Source of the DNA: Clostridia bacterium
Lineage (GTDB): Bacteria; Bacillota; Clostridia; Oscillospirales; CAG-272
Direction of reading: 5' to 3'
Assembly: GCA_017463125.1 (NCBI GenBank)
Contig: JAFTPV010000003.1
Coordinates: 93,190-157,189 of the forward strand
Length of the DNA stretch: 64,000 nucleotides
Below are positions 31,833 through 42,657 of this stretch, piece by piece (the stretch's first letter is position 1; the number at the start of each line of letters is the position of its first letter). The notes beneath the pieces were generated by a model. That model saw only the letters and a program-made list of their open reading frames with translations, made no database searches and had not been told where the DNA came from. Made by a program: the position numbers and the translations under genes.

Positions 31833-31965
31833 TTTATTTCCCCAAAAGCTATATTCGTTTTATATATTTTACAACTTTTACTATAAAAAGTCAACTTACT
31901 GCTTGAAAAATTACTCATTTTATTGTAAAATATTGGGTGAATGAATTTTCTTGGAGGAAATCCTT

Positions 31966-33384
31966 ATGATTAATATTACGGAATCTAAAGGTGCGGGGAA
32001 GGTTTTCGACTTTTTCTCCGAAATATCAAAGATACCGCGCGGCTCGGGTAATACCAAGGGTATAGCCGATTATTTAGTCAGCTTTGCAAAGGCACGCTCG
32101 CTCGACTTTGTTCGTGACGAGGCGGATAATGTTATCATAAAAAAGAAAGCAACCTCGGGATACGAGAGCCGACCTGCCGTAATTTTTCAAGGACACACCG
32201 ACATGGTGCTGAATAAAGCGGAGGGTGTCAGCTATGATATGGAAAAGGAGGGCGTTAAGCTCATCGTTGACGGTGACCTCATCCGTGCAGATGGCACGAC
32301 TCTCGGAGCTGATAACGGAATTGCCGTAGCTTATGCGCTGGCTATACTCGACTCTGACGATATTCCCCACCCTGATTTTGAAGCAGTCTTTACATCAGAT
32401 GAGGAAATAGGGCTTATCGGTGCTACGGCGCTGGATTGCTCGTCGCTTAAAGGAAGGCTGATGATAAACCTCGATTCCGACGCTGAAGGAATCTTCACCG
32501 CAGGCTGCGCGGGGGGCAGAAGAGTTGATATCTCCCTGCCGCTTGAATACGAGGCGGTGCGTGCGAAAAAATACACTCTTATTATTGACGGTCTTAAGGG
32601 CGGTCATAGCGGAGTTGAGATAAACAAGGGACGCACGAATGCGGTAAAACGAATTGCCGACTATCTTTACGCCTTCGGCGACACAAGGCTCGTATCTCTT
32701 GACGGTGGTGTTGCCGACAACGCTATTCCCTCGTCGGCTGTAGCAGAATTCGTATCGGAGCATAGCCTTGCCGAGCTTTCCGATATTGCGGATAAATTAA
32801 AGGCCACCTTACCCTCAGGTGCGGAGCACGAAAGCATCACTCTCGCTACGTCGGGAGAAGCTGATACGGCGCTGACAGTCAAATCAAGCAAAAATCTTGT
32901 ATCTCTGATACGCGCGCTTCCTACAGGCGTTGTCAATATGAGCCGCGATATCGAGGGACAGGTTGAAACCTCGCTGAATCTCGGAATTATAAGTCTTAAT
33001 GACTCGGCTTCCCTCTCCTTCTCTCTTCGCTCATCAAAGGACGCTGAAAAGGAGGAGCTCGCAAATCGCGTAAAGAAGATTGCGGCAGGTTACGGTGCAG
33101 AAATCTCGGAGCACGGCGACTATCCCGGCTGGGAGTATAAGAAGGACTCGTACCTGCGCGACACAATGTGCAGAGTTTATAAGGAAATGTACGGTAAGGA
33201 CGCCGAGGTCATCACCATACACGCGGGGCTTGAGTGCGGAATCTTCTCCGATAAAATTGAAGGGCTTGACTGCATTTCTATGGGACCTGACGCTTACGAC
33301 ATACATACACCAAGTGAAAGGCTCTCTGTTTCATCCACCGTCAGAGTTTGGGAATATTTACTAGAGGTACTTAAAAATATATAA
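31966..33384 (+). CDS. pepD: aminoacyl-histidine dipeptidase (M20C)
   Basis: Contains FFSEISKIPRGSGN, QGHTDMV, TSDEEIGLIGA and GLECG. The ATG at 31966 follows GGAGG. Confidence 0.9.
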   Translation: MINITESKGAGKVFDFFSEISKIPRGSGNTKGIADYLVSFAKARSLDFVRDEADNVIIKKKATSGYESRPAVIFQGHTDMVLNKAEGVSYDMEKEGVKLIVDGDLIRADGTTLGADNGIAVAYALAILDSDDIPHPDFEAVFTSDEEIGLIGATALDCSSLKGRLMINLDSDAEGIFTAGCAGGRRVDISLPLEYEAVRAKKYTLIIDGLKGGHSGVEINKGRTNAVKRIADYLYAFGDTRLVSLDGGVADNAIPSSAVAEFVSEHSLAELSDIADKLKATLPSGAEHESITLATSGEADTALTVKSSKNLVSLIRALPTGVVNMSRDIEGQVETSLNLGIISLNDSASLSFSLRSSKDAEKEELANRVKKIAAGYGAEISEHGDYPGWEYKKDSYLRDTMCRVYKEMYGKDAEVITIHAGLECGIFSDKIEGLDCISMGPDAYDIHTPSERLSVSSTVRVWEYLLEVLKNI

Positions 33385-33397
33385 AGGAAGATAAAAA

Positions 33398-34624
33398 ATG
33401 AATAAGACAAGACTCAGAAAATATGCAAATCTCATTGCGCGCTGCGGCGCAAATGTACAGAAGGGGCAGGAGGTCATAATCAATGCCGAGCTTGACCAGC
33501 CCGAATTTGTAAAAATGGTAGTCGAGGAGTGCTATAAGGCAGGCGCTGCAAAGGTATCTGTCGACTGGTCGTATCAGCCTCTTACAAAGTTGAACGTCCG
33601 TTATCAAAAGGAAAAGACTCTTGGCACTCTTGAAAAATGGCAGATTGAAAAATGGGAGCATCAGGCAGAGGTTCTTCCCTGCAAGATTTACCTTATGTCA
33701 GAGGACCCCGACGGACTTGCGGGTATTAATCAGAAAAAGTACGCAAAGGCTATGGCTTCTCGCTCAAAGACCATAAAGCCTATCAGAAACAGAATGGAAA
33801 ACAAGTATCAGTGGTGTATCGCTGCCGTACCGGGTAAGGAATGGGCAAAGAAGATATTCCCCGGTGAGAGAACGAGTACCGCTGTTGAAAAGCTCTGGGA
33901 GGCTATTCTCTCAACCTCTCGCGTTGACAACGATCCTATCGCGGCTTGGGAAGAGCACAATGCTGACCTTAAGAAGAGATACGAGTATCTCAACTCGCTC
34001 GGAATCAAGGAGCTAAAATACAAGGCGTCAAACGGTACAGATTTCAGAGTAGGACTTATCCCCGAGGGCGTATTCCTCGGTGGCGGTGAGGAAACTCAAG
34101 GAAGAGGCGTTTACTTTAACCCCAATATTCCCACAGAGGAAATTTTCACGTCTCCTAAAAAGGGTGATGCTGACGGTATAGTTTATTCTTCAAAGCCTCT
34201 CTCTTACGGCGGTCAGCTTATCGATAATTTCTGGATTAAGTTTGAAGGCGGTAAGGCTGTCGAGGTAGAGGCTGAACAGAACGAGTCGCTACTGCGCGAG
34301 CTTATCGCTATGGACGAGGGCGCGGCATACCTTGGGGAGTGTGCGCTTGTTCCCTACTCCTCTCCTATAAGAGAGTCGGGACTTCTCTTCTACAACACTC
34401 TCTTTGATGAAAACGCGGCTTGCCATCTTGCGCTTGGCAGAGGATTTACCAACCTGCTTCGCGATTATGAAAAATACACAGAAAAAGAGGCTCACGAGCT
34501 CGGCATAAACGACTCTATCGTTCACGAGGACTTTATGATTGGCACTGCGGATATGAATATCACAGCGGTTTGTGCAGACGGACGTGAGGTTGCCATTTTC
34601 AAGGACGGAGAATGGGCATTCTAA
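33398..34624 (+). CDS. M29 family aminopeptidase (AmpS/PepS-like)
   Basis: Begins LRKYANLIARCGANVQKGQEV, has EEIFTSP, and ends HLALGRGF...HEDFMIG. Confidence 0.85.
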   Translation: MNKTRLRKYANLIARCGANVQKGQEVIINAELDQPEFVKMVVEECYKAGAAKVSVDWSYQPLTKLNVRYQKEKTLGTLEKWQIEKWEHQAEVLPCKIYLMSEDPDGLAGINQKKYAKAMASRSKTIKPIRNRMENKYQWCIAAVPGKEWAKKIFPGERTSTAVEKLWEAILSTSRVDNDPIAAWEEHNADLKKRYEYLNSLGIKELKYKASNGTDFRVGLIPEGVFLGGGEETQGRGVYFNPNIPTEEIFTSPKKGDADGIVYSSKPLSYGGQLIDNFWIKFEGGKAVEVEAEQNESLLRELIAMDEGAAYLGECALVPYSSPIRESGLLFYNTLFDENAACHLALGRGFTNLLRDYEKYTEKEAHELGINDSIVHEDFMIGTADMNITAVCADGREVAIFKDGEWAF

Positions 34625-34679
34625 TATAATAAAACAATGAAAAAATGCGTAAAATCTTAAGATTTTACGCATTTTTTAT

Positions 34680-35531
34680 TTATAGCCCGATGAAAATTAT
34701 GGTTATTACACCGCAGGCGATTCCGGCATACTGCTTCATGCTCAGCTTCTCCCTGTAAAGTAAAACAGCTACGACTGCAGTTACGATAATACCGCCCGCA
34801 TTTATAAGCGGAAAAATCAGGGACATATTCATAATTGACATCAGTATCATTTTGAAAAGATTGCCTATTCCGCTGCTTGCGCCTACTGCGGCGGCAGACC
34901 AGGAGTGCTTTATACATTCCTTTATCTCTTCCCTCTCCTTTACAAAAGACATGTTGAAGAAGAATAACGACGATAACAAAAGCGCACAGAACATAAGCTC
35001 GTTTTTATAAAGGCCCTCGAAGGCTCTCTGCTGAAGTGACTGAACTACGGAGAATACTCCGTTACACACCGCCCCGAGAACGCAAAACAGCGCCCACTTG
35101 AAGCTTAACTTTTTCTCTCCCTTGGCGGTAGAATTTGTAAGAAATATACTTGCAACGAGGAATACAGCACCTATGATATAAAGCGGACTTATCGGCTCGC
35201 CGTAAAAAACTATACCGAAGGTTGTCGGTACGACTAGAGAAAACGCACCGATTAGCGAGGAAAGCGACAGTGGACCTATCGCAAAGGCTCTTATAGGAAA
35301 ATAGTTCGCTGCCGAGTATGTCACGGCAATAGCCAATGAATACGGAATAAGCTCCGGTAAAAGTTTAAGGCTGAATCCCGAAAAAATCAGAAAAGAAAGA
35401 GCTGCGGTAAACGAAAGTATACCGAGGAAAAGATAGGTACCCTTATCGTTTGTTTTTTTGTTATAATCCTTCCTTAACACGTTCTGTGCCGAGATTATAA
35501 GCACCATTAAGATTATTAAAATTGCTTGCAT
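34680..35531 (-). CDS. DMT/EamA-like membrane transporter
   Basis: About 10 predicted hydrophobic helices in two halves. No specific substrate motif. Confidence 0.55.
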   Translation of the reverse strand: MQAILIILMVLIISAQNVLRKDYNKKTNDKGTYLFLGILSFTAALSFLIFSGFSLKLLPELIPYSLAIAVTYSAANYFPIRAFAIGPLSLSSLIGAFSLVVPTTFGIVFYGEPISPLYIIGAVFLVASIFLTNSTAKGEKKLSFKWALFCVLGAVCNGVFSVVQSLQQRAFEGLYKNELMFCALLLSSLFFFNMSFVKEREEIKECIKHSWSAAAVGASSGIGNLFKMILMSIMNMSLIFPLINAGGIIVTAVVAVLLYREKLSMKQYAGIACGVITIIFIGL

Positions 35532-35542
35532 ATTCTTCCCTC

Positions 35543-37555
35543 TTATTCATCACAAAATACCGTGCCTATCGACCACGGTGCCAGAGTAGGAAGAGTAACG
35601 GTAAATTCGCCGTCGCACTCCTCGTATTCAAGCTCGCGCACTCCGCTATACTGGGAAACGAATTGGAATTTTTTCGCTCTCGGGTTTCTTATCTTTATTT
35701 TTATTCCATCGGGATATCCTACCGTGCAGTTGGTTACAGATACGCAAAGTGTTTTGCCATCATCGTCAACTCTTGGCATAATTACCGCCTGATTAGGAGT
35801 TAAAAGCCTTGCGGGGACGTATCCGAGGAAGTCGATAACGTTGAGAATCCTGTCGCGCTGGGTGGAGTGACAGGTCAGCTTCCAAAGACCGCATGCCATA
35901 ACGGCAATCTTACCGCCTGTCTTCGTGTCAGCTATTACTGCGGAGTAGCCGTGAGGTGCTTCGGGGTCATCTGTAAGTCTTGGGAGCAGGTGGTGAGGCT
36001 GGTATTTTCCAAGAACAAGTGCGCTATCCGGTATTTTCGTAATAAATCTGCTATTACCGTAGCCTCTTGAAAAAATAGCGGCGAAATTAGAATTATAATA
36101 ACCTCGGTTAATTTGAGAATCGGTGTATTCATCACGCATTACAAGCTGCTCGGTAACACTTGCCTCTCTTATCTCAAAGCCTATATCTATGCCTCTTTTC
36201 AGCATATGTTCAACGGCTTCGGCATCGGTTATAACCTTCTTTGACATAAGGGCAATAAGCTCTCGGTCAGTCATCTGACGAGCTGCCTTCGGGTGAAGGA
36301 TATATACGTCGGAATCGGTAAATGAAAGCGGAATACCAAGTCTGACAAGAGGTACACCGTCCATAAACTCCTCGTTATTGAAGTCAAATATGTCTTCACT
36401 AGGCTTCATTTCACGAAGATGCGCCTCCTTTGATAAAGCGTAGCAGACACCACCTGCTCGGCTTCTTTTCGATACATCGGAGAGTCTATCAAGATAGCTT
36501 CTCTGCTCCGAAAAGAGCTTAAAGCCGCCCTCATAAAACTCTATCGGTTCGTTATGCTCACCAAGCATGGCAAAGCTAAGGTCGGTCGCGCCGTTTGCAA
36601 GATTCATCGCCGCTTCAAGTATAGTGCCGTGCATGGTTTTACCCATCGCGGAGTGAGGAATATTCTCTATCTCGGGGTAAATATCCTTGACGTAATCGGG
36701 CAAGAGCGAACTCTGGTATGCAAGATTATACACCTTCTCCACAAGCTCGTTTGGGTCGTGGTCAACGTAAGCTCCCGCGCCCGGGCGGAACATGGGTGCT
36801 CTGCCGGTGGTCTTTAATATGGCATCAAAGATGTAGTCGTGGCCTCTGCCTGTGTAGGGGCCGTTCGGACCGTTCTCAAGTCCTATTCGCGTGTCGGGAG
36901 ATGCCGCCTTCGCGGCTTCGCAAATTTCGGTCATAAGCGAGGCGAGACCTTCCCTTATAAACTCTATGTACTCGGCTCTTACGTTTATTTTTCCGTGAAG
37001 AAATTCCTCAACGAGCGTTTCTCTTGAATAGCTGTATGAGTGCTTTTCATTAAACCTTTTGATACAATCGTCACAATAGCAGCCGAAGCTTACGGGGTCG
37101 TGATTCCATGCTCTGAAATCATCGTCTATCCAAAGGGCATGGGGCTTTATCTCGGATAGATATATTTTTACCGTTTCGGTTATATATTTTCTGACAAATT
37201 CTCCCCACCAGCAAAATGCATAGTGGCAAGTTGTGCCGTCGTGACCGACGATATCTTTAACGGGCGAGCCGTCGTATACAAGACCACTGTTATCCCTAAT
37301 CATCTTGTATTGACCGTGACCTATGGTGCTGAGAAGCTCCACCGATACCTCAATTCCAGCGTCACGCAGCTTTTCTGCCGCTGACGCGTATTCCTTCGCA
37401 ACCGCTCTGTGCCTTTCAAGAGTCGGAAATCCCGTTTCCGTAGTGAGCCACACCTCGTCAAACGCGCCCTCGTGCTTTTTTCTACGCTCGATAAGGTTAT
37501 CCATTTTTTCGCCGTTTACGGCTGAAACTATCCTCTGCACTATTTTCATTTTCAT
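35543..37555 (-). CDS. uncharacterised 670-aa cytoplasmic protein (possibly a TIM-barrel glycoside-hydrolase-like enzyme)
   Basis: Long ORF trimmed to MKMKIVQ after GGAAAGGAAA. It contains WIDDDFRAWNH and a CYCDDC motif. I recognise no family. Confidence 0.5.
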   Translation of the reverse strand: MKMKIVQRIVSAVNGEKMDNLIERRKKHEGAFDEVWLTTETGFPTLERHRAVAKEYASAAEKLRDAGIEVSVELLSTIGHGQYKMIRDNSGLVYDGSPVKDIVGHDGTTCHYAFCWWGEFVRKYITETVKIYLSEIKPHALWIDDDFRAWNHDPVSFGCYCDDCIKRFNEKHSYSYSRETLVEEFLHGKINVRAEYIEFIREGLASLMTEICEAAKAASPDTRIGLENGPNGPYTGRGHDYIFDAILKTTGRAPMFRPGAGAYVDHDPNELVEKVYNLAYQSSLLPDYVKDIYPEIENIPHSAMGKTMHGTILEAAMNLANGATDLSFAMLGEHNEPIEFYEGGFKLFSEQRSYLDRLSDVSKRSRAGGVCYALSKEAHLREMKPSEDIFDFNNEEFMDGVPLVRLGIPLSFTDSDVYILHPKAARQMTDRELIALMSKKVITDAEAVEHMLKRGIDIGFEIREASVTEQLVMRDEYTDSQINRGYYNSNFAAIFSRGYGNSRFITKIPDSALVLGKYQPHHLLPRLTDDPEAPHGYSAVIADTKTGGKIAVMACGLWKLTCHSTQRDRILNVIDFLGYVPARLLTPNQAVIMPRVDDDGKTLCVSVTNCTVGYPDGIKIKIRNPRAKKFQFVSQYSGVRELEYEECDGEFTVTLPTLAPWSIGTVFCDE

Positions 37556-37749
37556 TTTCCTTTCCGGACGGTGAAGCCGTCTTTTCTCTATTATAGCAGA
37601 GAAGGTATAAAAATCACACTGCCATTTTTGCGCTTTTATTCCCAAAAATTTTGCTATTGCAAATATGGAAAAAATCTGCTATAATAAATATAAAAAGACA
37701 GATATGAATTTATATAATATACAAATTTTACGATTTGCAGAGGTAAAAT

Positions 37750-38562
37750 ATGATATACCAAAATATGATACTTGGAATAAAGCCGTACGTCGTAATTGTA
37801 AACCGAAATACGAGCTACCCCGCCCACGCTCATTACGAAACAGAGCTTATATATTGCTTAAAGGGGCTTATCATAATGGTGGTGGACGGAGAAAGATATG
37901 AGATAAAAGAAGGCGAGGCTATCTGCATCGGCGGTATGGCAACTCATCTGTGCGAAGAGAGTCCGTGCGAGAGTGAGCAGCTTATAATAGAGCTTGGACC
38001 CATATTCGTCGGTGACGAATATAAATATTTTACCGAAAATCCATTCAGCGCCATAGTTTACAAAAACACCTCGGAAAACAGAGAATTGTTAAACACCGCA
38101 ATCAATATTTATAAGGCGAAATCAAGTGAGGAAAAGCTCTCAAGCCTAACGGTGAAGAGTGAGCTTTACCATCTCTTTTCATTAATTATAAAAAGCTCCT
38201 CTTGCGGTACTGAAAATATCACGTCAAGAAGCTGTAATCTGAAAATTGACAAGGCGCTGGAGCTTGTGGGACGAAGCTACTCCGATGATATAACCGTAAA
38301 CGATGCGGCGGCTGCATGCGGATACGGCGTAAGCGTTTTCTGCAATAGCTTTAAGAAGGCGACGGGAGTTGGCTTTCACGAATATCTTAACACCCACAGA
38401 ATCGAAGTGGCAAAATATATGCTATCCGATTCGGAGGCTACTGTAAAAAAAATAGCACTTTGCGTTGGATTTTCGGACTCAAAATCTTTTTGCAGAGCGT
38501 TCAAAAGAATTTGCGGCATCTCACCCGGAGAATACAGAAAAACCTATTATTTCAAGGAATAA
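37750..38562 (+). CDS. AraC family transcriptional regulator
   Basis: Cupin N-terminus and a C-terminal double HTH (VNDAAAACGYGVSVFCNSFKK...IALCVGFSDSKSFCRAFKR). Confidence 0.8.
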   Translation: MIYQNMILGIKPYVVIVNRNTSYPAHAHYETELIYCLKGLIIMVVDGERYEIKEGEAICIGGMATHLCEESPCESEQLIIELGPIFVGDEYKYFTENPFSAIVYKNTSENRELLNTAINIYKAKSSEEKLSSLTVKSELYHLFSLIIKSSSCGTENITSRSCNLKIDKALELVGRSYSDDITVNDAAAACGYGVSVFCNSFKKATGVGFHEYLNTHRIEVAKYMLSDSEATVKKIALCVGFSDSKSFCRAFKRICGISPGEYRKTYYFKE

Positions 38563-38605
38563 TAGGTAAAATATCAATAATTATTTACATATTTTCAACA
38601 AAAAG

Positions 38606-38636
38606 CAGCCTTCCCAAATGGGAAGGCTTATTTTTC
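38606..38636. terminator. bidirectional terminator overlapping the rsgA stop
   Basis: Stem agccttccc/gggaaggct with flanking A-run and T-run. Confidence 0.7.
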
Positions 38637-39572
38637 ATAATCCTTTTTATCCTTTAAGACTCTGTAAATCGAGCGATATGAGTCGAGGCGGCTTTTTGCG
38701 ATTTTACCTTCCTGTGCGGCTCTGGCTATGGCACATTCGTCCTCACCCTCGCCGAAGTGGGCGCAATCGGCATAACGGCACTCACCGAGGTAGGGTGTAA
38801 AGTCGCGGAAGGTTGGCAAAAGCTCGTCAAGCGAGAAGAAATCAAAGCGCGCGAAATCTATAAGAGAGAAGCCGGGGGTATCCGCGAGGAAGCCCGTTTC
38901 GGCACCATCCTCGATATCAAATATCTCAACGTGGCGGGTAGTGTGCCTGCCGCGCTCTATTTTTCTTGAAATCTCAGCAGTTGCGAGGGAGAGCCCCGGG
39001 AAAAGAGCGTTCATAAGCGTGGATTTACCTACGCCCGAAGCTCCCGCAAAGGCTGCGGTTTTTCCGTTTTTCACTTCCTTCTTTATGTAAGAGGCAAGCT
39101 CGGAGAGTCCTTCGCCCGCTTCGGAGGAGGTGATGAAGGTGGGAATTCCTACAAGGCGGTATATCGCCGCATATTCCTCACTCGCGTCACAGGAGAGGTC
39201 GGATTTCGTTATAACTATAACGGGGGTTATAGAGTTATGCTCGGCTATGGATATAAGCTTATCCACAGTTTCTATAACGGGTGATGGCTTTACCGCCGCA
39301 AAAACGATAAAGAGATAGTCAAGGTTAGCAAGAGGAGGGCGGATAAGCGAATTTTTTCGGCTTTCTATCTCGGAGATAACCACACCGTCGGGGGTGGAGT
39401 CGTCTTGCGTGATTTTTACGTTATCACCCACAAGCACCTTTTCCTCGTCGCGCTTGAGTATTCCCTTTGCCCGACATTCAAGACGCTCTACAGCACCGTC
39501 CGGCAGGATTATTCTTGTTTCATAAAGTCCGCCAAGGCCCTTTACGACCTTGCCGTATTTCGTAATTATCAA
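38628..39572 (-). CDS. rsgA: ribosome small-subunit-dependent GTPase A
   Basis: Circularly permuted GTPase: ITKSDL, then GASGVGKSTLMNAL, then RGRHTTRHVE. The C-terminal zinc motif is CRYADCAH. Confidence 0.85.
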   Translation of the reverse strand: MIITKYGKVVKGLGGLYETRIILPDGAVERLECRAKGILKRDEEKVLVGDNVKITQDDSTPDGVVISEIESRKNSLIRPPLANLDYLFIVFAAVKPSPVIETVDKLISIAEHNSITPVIVITKSDLSCDASEEYAAIYRLVGIPTFITSSEAGEGLSELASYIKKEVKNGKTAAFAGASGVGKSTLMNALFPGLSLATAEISRKIERGRHTTRHVEIFDIEDGAETGFLADTPGFSLIDFARFDFFSLDELLPTFRDFTPYLGECRYADCAHFGEGEDECAIARAAQEGKIAKSRLDSYRSIYRVLKDKKDYEK

Positions 39573-39581
39573 ATCATTACC

Positions 39582-40652
39582 TCAACTTTGTTCGGATTGT
39601 GACTTCATTGCGGAGCGTCTTAACTGACCGCAGGCGGCATTTACATCAGCACCAAGTCTTCTGCGCACGGTTGCGACAACTCCTTGCTTTTCCAGCACCT
39701 TAGCAAAATTATTCGCCGACTCGGCAGTTCCCTTCTTAAAACCGGTTTCCTTGACCTCGTTTACTCTTATCAAATTTACGTGTATAGGTGCGCCCGAACC
39801 CTTAAAGGCATTTTTAAGAAGAGATGCAAGCTCTCTTGCGTCGGATTCAGTATCATTTTTGCCTGATATGAGCGTATATTCAAACGAAATGCGTCTGCCA
39901 GTAACCTTATAGTAATCAACGCAGGCTGAAAGGAGCTCGGCTATCTTCCACTTTTTGTTTACCGGCATAATTTCAGTACGCTTTTCGTCATTTGACGCGT
40001 GAAGAGAAATTGATAGGGTTATAGGAATATCAACCTCTGCCAATTTATATATTCCCGGCACGACGCCACAGGTTGAAAGTGAGATATGGCGGTAGCCGAT
40101 GTTTAAGCCATCAGGATGGTTTACAAGACGCAAAAACTTTATTACGTTATCAAAGTTATCAAGAGGCTCGCCAATACCCATCATTACTATATTGGAGATA
40201 CGCTCGCCGGAGTCCTTCTGCGCCGCGATAATCTGCCCGAGAAGCTCGGAGGGATAGAGGTCGCGAACCTTGCCTCCGATGGTGGACGCGCAGAACTTAC
40301 AGCCCATATAACAGCCGACCTGGCTGGATATGCAAAGGGTATTTCCGTGCTTGTATTTCATAAATACGCTCTCGATACAAGAGCCGTCGTGGAGGCGGAA
40401 GAGGTATTTTACCGTGCCGTCAATTTTAGATACGAGCTTTTCCTCAACAGTCGGAAGAGTGTCAACCGTTTCAGCCAAGAGGCGCTCGCGCAGGGACTTC
40501 GACAGGCTTGTGATATCAGAAACACCGTCACCGGTGGCAAGGCGCGAGAACACCTGCTTTGCTCTGAATTTAGGCTCTCCGATAGATATAAAATACTTTT
40601 CAAGCTCCTCGGGAAGCATAGAATAAAGGTCTATCTTTTCGGTCATTTTCAT
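39582..40652 (-). CDS. rlmN: 23S rRNA/tRNA adenine-C2 methyltransferase RlmN (radical SAM)
   Basis: Contains FRAKQVF, the radical SAM motif CYMGCKFC, MGIGEP and ACGQL. Confidence 0.9.
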   Translation of the reverse strand: MKMTEKIDLYSMLPEELEKYFISIGEPKFRAKQVFSRLATGDGVSDITSLSKSLRERLLAETVDTLPTVEEKLVSKIDGTVKYLFRLHDGSCIESVFMKYKHGNTLCISSQVGCYMGCKFCASTIGGKVRDLYPSELLGQIIAAQKDSGERISNIVMMGIGEPLDNFDNVIKFLRLVNHPDGLNIGYRHISLSTCGVVPGIYKLAEVDIPITLSISLHASNDEKRTEIMPVNKKWKIAELLSACVDYYKVTGRRISFEYTLISGKNDTESDARELASLLKNAFKGSGAPIHVNLIRVNEVKETGFKKGTAESANNFAKVLEKQGVVATVRRRLGADVNAACGQLRRSAMKSQSEQS

Positions 40653-41956
40653 TTCCTTTTCAGCTTCGCCATAAAGAAGCCGTCCGTTTTATGTATATGT
40701 GGAATAAGGGTAAGGCGGCCATTCTTTGACGAAAGTCCTCCCACCTCAAAATCAACAGCATAAAAGTCGCCGTTTTCCTCGAGGAAGGCTCTTACGACCT
40801 CCTCGTTTTCTTTAGGGTTAAGAGTACAGGTGGAGTACAGCAGAACTCCGCCGTCCTTCAGATATTTTGCCGACTCTGTAAGTATTTTAAGCTGAAGAGC
40901 AGGCAGCTCCGCTATCAATTCCTCGCTCTTGTATCTTAGGTCGGGCTTTTTAGAAAGCACGCCAAGTCCCGAGCAGGGTACGTCGCAGATTACCTTATCC
41001 GCTCTGCCGAAAAGCGCGGTGTCGGGGTTCAGGGCATCGCGGCAGGAGACGGTGAGAGACTTAAGTCCGAGGCGGTCTCTGCCGCCCTCTATCAAGGATA
41101 GCTTACTCTCGTGAAGGTCAAAGGAATGTATCTCGCCGCAGTCGCCCATAAGGATAGCTGCCGCAAAGCTCTTGCCTCCCGGAGCCGAGCAAACGTCAAC
41201 CAGAACGTCACTTGGTGATGGCGAGAGGACTCTCGCCGCTATGGCAGATGCCGTATCCTGAATGAAAAATCTACCGTTTCTGAACCCATCGATATTTTCG
41301 GGGTTGAAGGAGCGGTCGGTACGAAGGGTGAGACCTGTATCTATATGAATGTATACGTCAAGACCGTGTGACAAAAGCTCGTCCTTTACCTCCTCGGGTG
41401 TAGTTTTTATCCTATTAACCGTGATATCCGTGTATTTTGAGGTATTATAGAAATGAAGAAGCGCATCAAGCTCTTCTTCGCCCACAACGTCGGAGAGCAG
41501 CTTTACTATCCACAAGGGGAACGAATGCTTTACCGATAGGTATCTTCTGTAATTTTTCTCCTTCGGGGGCATTGGCATATCGTCCTTTTTTCTGACGGCG
41601 GCGCGGAGCACGCCGTTGACGAATGAGCGCTCGCCTCGACCTTTAGCGAGCTTGACGGTTTCGTTCACGGCGGCAAAGTCCGGGATCGAGTGCATATCAA
41701 GTATCTGACAAAGGCCGAGCCTGAGTATATTTCTCGTAGTGAGATTTATATCGGAAATGCTTCTGCCCGAAAGGGCGGCGATATAATAATCGTAACGCAG
41801 CTTTTGCTCAACGGTGGTGTAAAGCAGGGCCGTGAGTGCCGAGGATTCACTCGTCGTGAGGCTGTCGGTTATATGAGAGGAGAGGGCTAAATTAACGTAC
41901 TTACCTCCCGCCTCGTATCCCTCAAGAAGCGAGAGAGCAATTTCTCTTATATTCAT
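40649..41956 (-). CDS. rsmB: 16S rRNA cytosine-C5 methyltransferase RsmB
   Basis: NusB-like N-terminal domain. SAM-methyltransferase motifs DVCSAPGGKS, DVPCSG and YSTCT. Confidence 0.85.
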   Translation of the reverse strand: MNIREIALSLLEGYEAGGKYVNLALSSHITDSLTTSESSALTALLYTTVEQKLRYDYYIAALSGRSISDINLTTRNILRLGLCQILDMHSIPDFAAVNETVKLAKGRGERSFVNGVLRAAVRKKDDMPMPPKEKNYRRYLSVKHSFPLWIVKLLSDVVGEEELDALLHFYNTSKYTDITVNRIKTTPEEVKDELLSHGLDVYIHIDTGLTLRTDRSFNPENIDGFRNGRFFIQDTASAIAARVLSPSPSDVLVDVCSAPGGKSFAAAILMGDCGEIHSFDLHESKLSLIEGGRDRLGLKSLTVSCRDALNPDTALFGRADKVICDVPCSGLGVLSKKPDLRYKSEELIAELPALQLKILTESAKYLKDGGVLLYSTCTLNPKENEEVVRAFLEENGDFYAVDFEVGGLSSKNGRLTLIPHIHKTDGFFMAKLKRK

Positions 41957-42657
41957 CTTCTTCTGTTTCCTGTAAATCTGACTATCAGTCTTAAAAGCTG
42001 GAGTATAGAGGTAAGGAATGCGGCAACGTAGGTAAGAGCCGCCGCTCTCAAGGTTTTAGACGCGGCAGAAAGCTCGGACTCGGTATACCAGCCGGAGCCT
42101 CGAAGAGAGGCCATTGCGCGCCTTGACGCATCAAATTCGCATGGCAGTGTGACGAGCTGGAAAAGAGTAGTCACAGCAAAAAGTCCTATTCCCAAAAGCA
42201 AAATATTTTGCCCTAAAATAGCGTCGGTTGCGCTATAAAGCACTCCCAGAAAAATAACTATCCAAGAAAATCTTGACGCAAAGCTTGTCACGGGAACGAG
42301 CCTTGAGCGAATGACTATCGGCATATATCTTCTCGCGTGCTGGATAGCGTGACCTGCCTCGTGCGCGGCAACACCTATGGCGGCGGCGGAGGCGTTATCA
42401 TAAGTGCTGTCAGAAAGACGCAGAACGTTAGCTCTCGGGTCGTAGTGGTCGGTAAGCGAGCCGCCTACCCTCTCAACTCTCACATTAGTAAGCCCGTTTT
42501 GGTCAAGAATCATTCTGGCAACCTCTGCCGCAGTCCGTCCTCTTCCCGTTTGGGTTCGAGAAAACTTATTAAAGGTAGTCTTTACCTTTATCTGTGCTCC
42601 CAGAGCGAGAAATATCGAAAGTATACAAAGGATATAAAGCGCGGTATCAAGCCACAT
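41953..42657 (-). CDS. membrane zinc metallopeptidase (PF04298-like)
   Basis: Contains HEAGHAIQH and flanking TM helices. Confidence 0.7.
   Translation of the reverse strand: MWLDTALYILCILSIFLALGAQIKVKTTFNKFSRTQTGRGRTAAEVARMILDQNGLTNVRVERVGGSLTDHYDPRANVLRLSDSTYDNASAAAIGVAAHEAGHAIQHARRYMPIVIRSRLVPVTSFASRFSWIVIFLGVLYSATDAILGQNILLLGIGLFAVTTLFQLVTLPCEFDASRRAMASLRGSGWYTESELSAASKTLRAAALTYVAAFLTSILQLLRLIVRFTGNRRR

Noticed and set aside
40116-40763. 215-aa plus-strand ORF over the rlmN/rsmB junction. Similar ORFs lie over fmt/def (43011..44058) and priA (45323..46196).
   Set aside because: They are antisense to conserved housekeeping genes and span gene boundaries, so they are artefacts.
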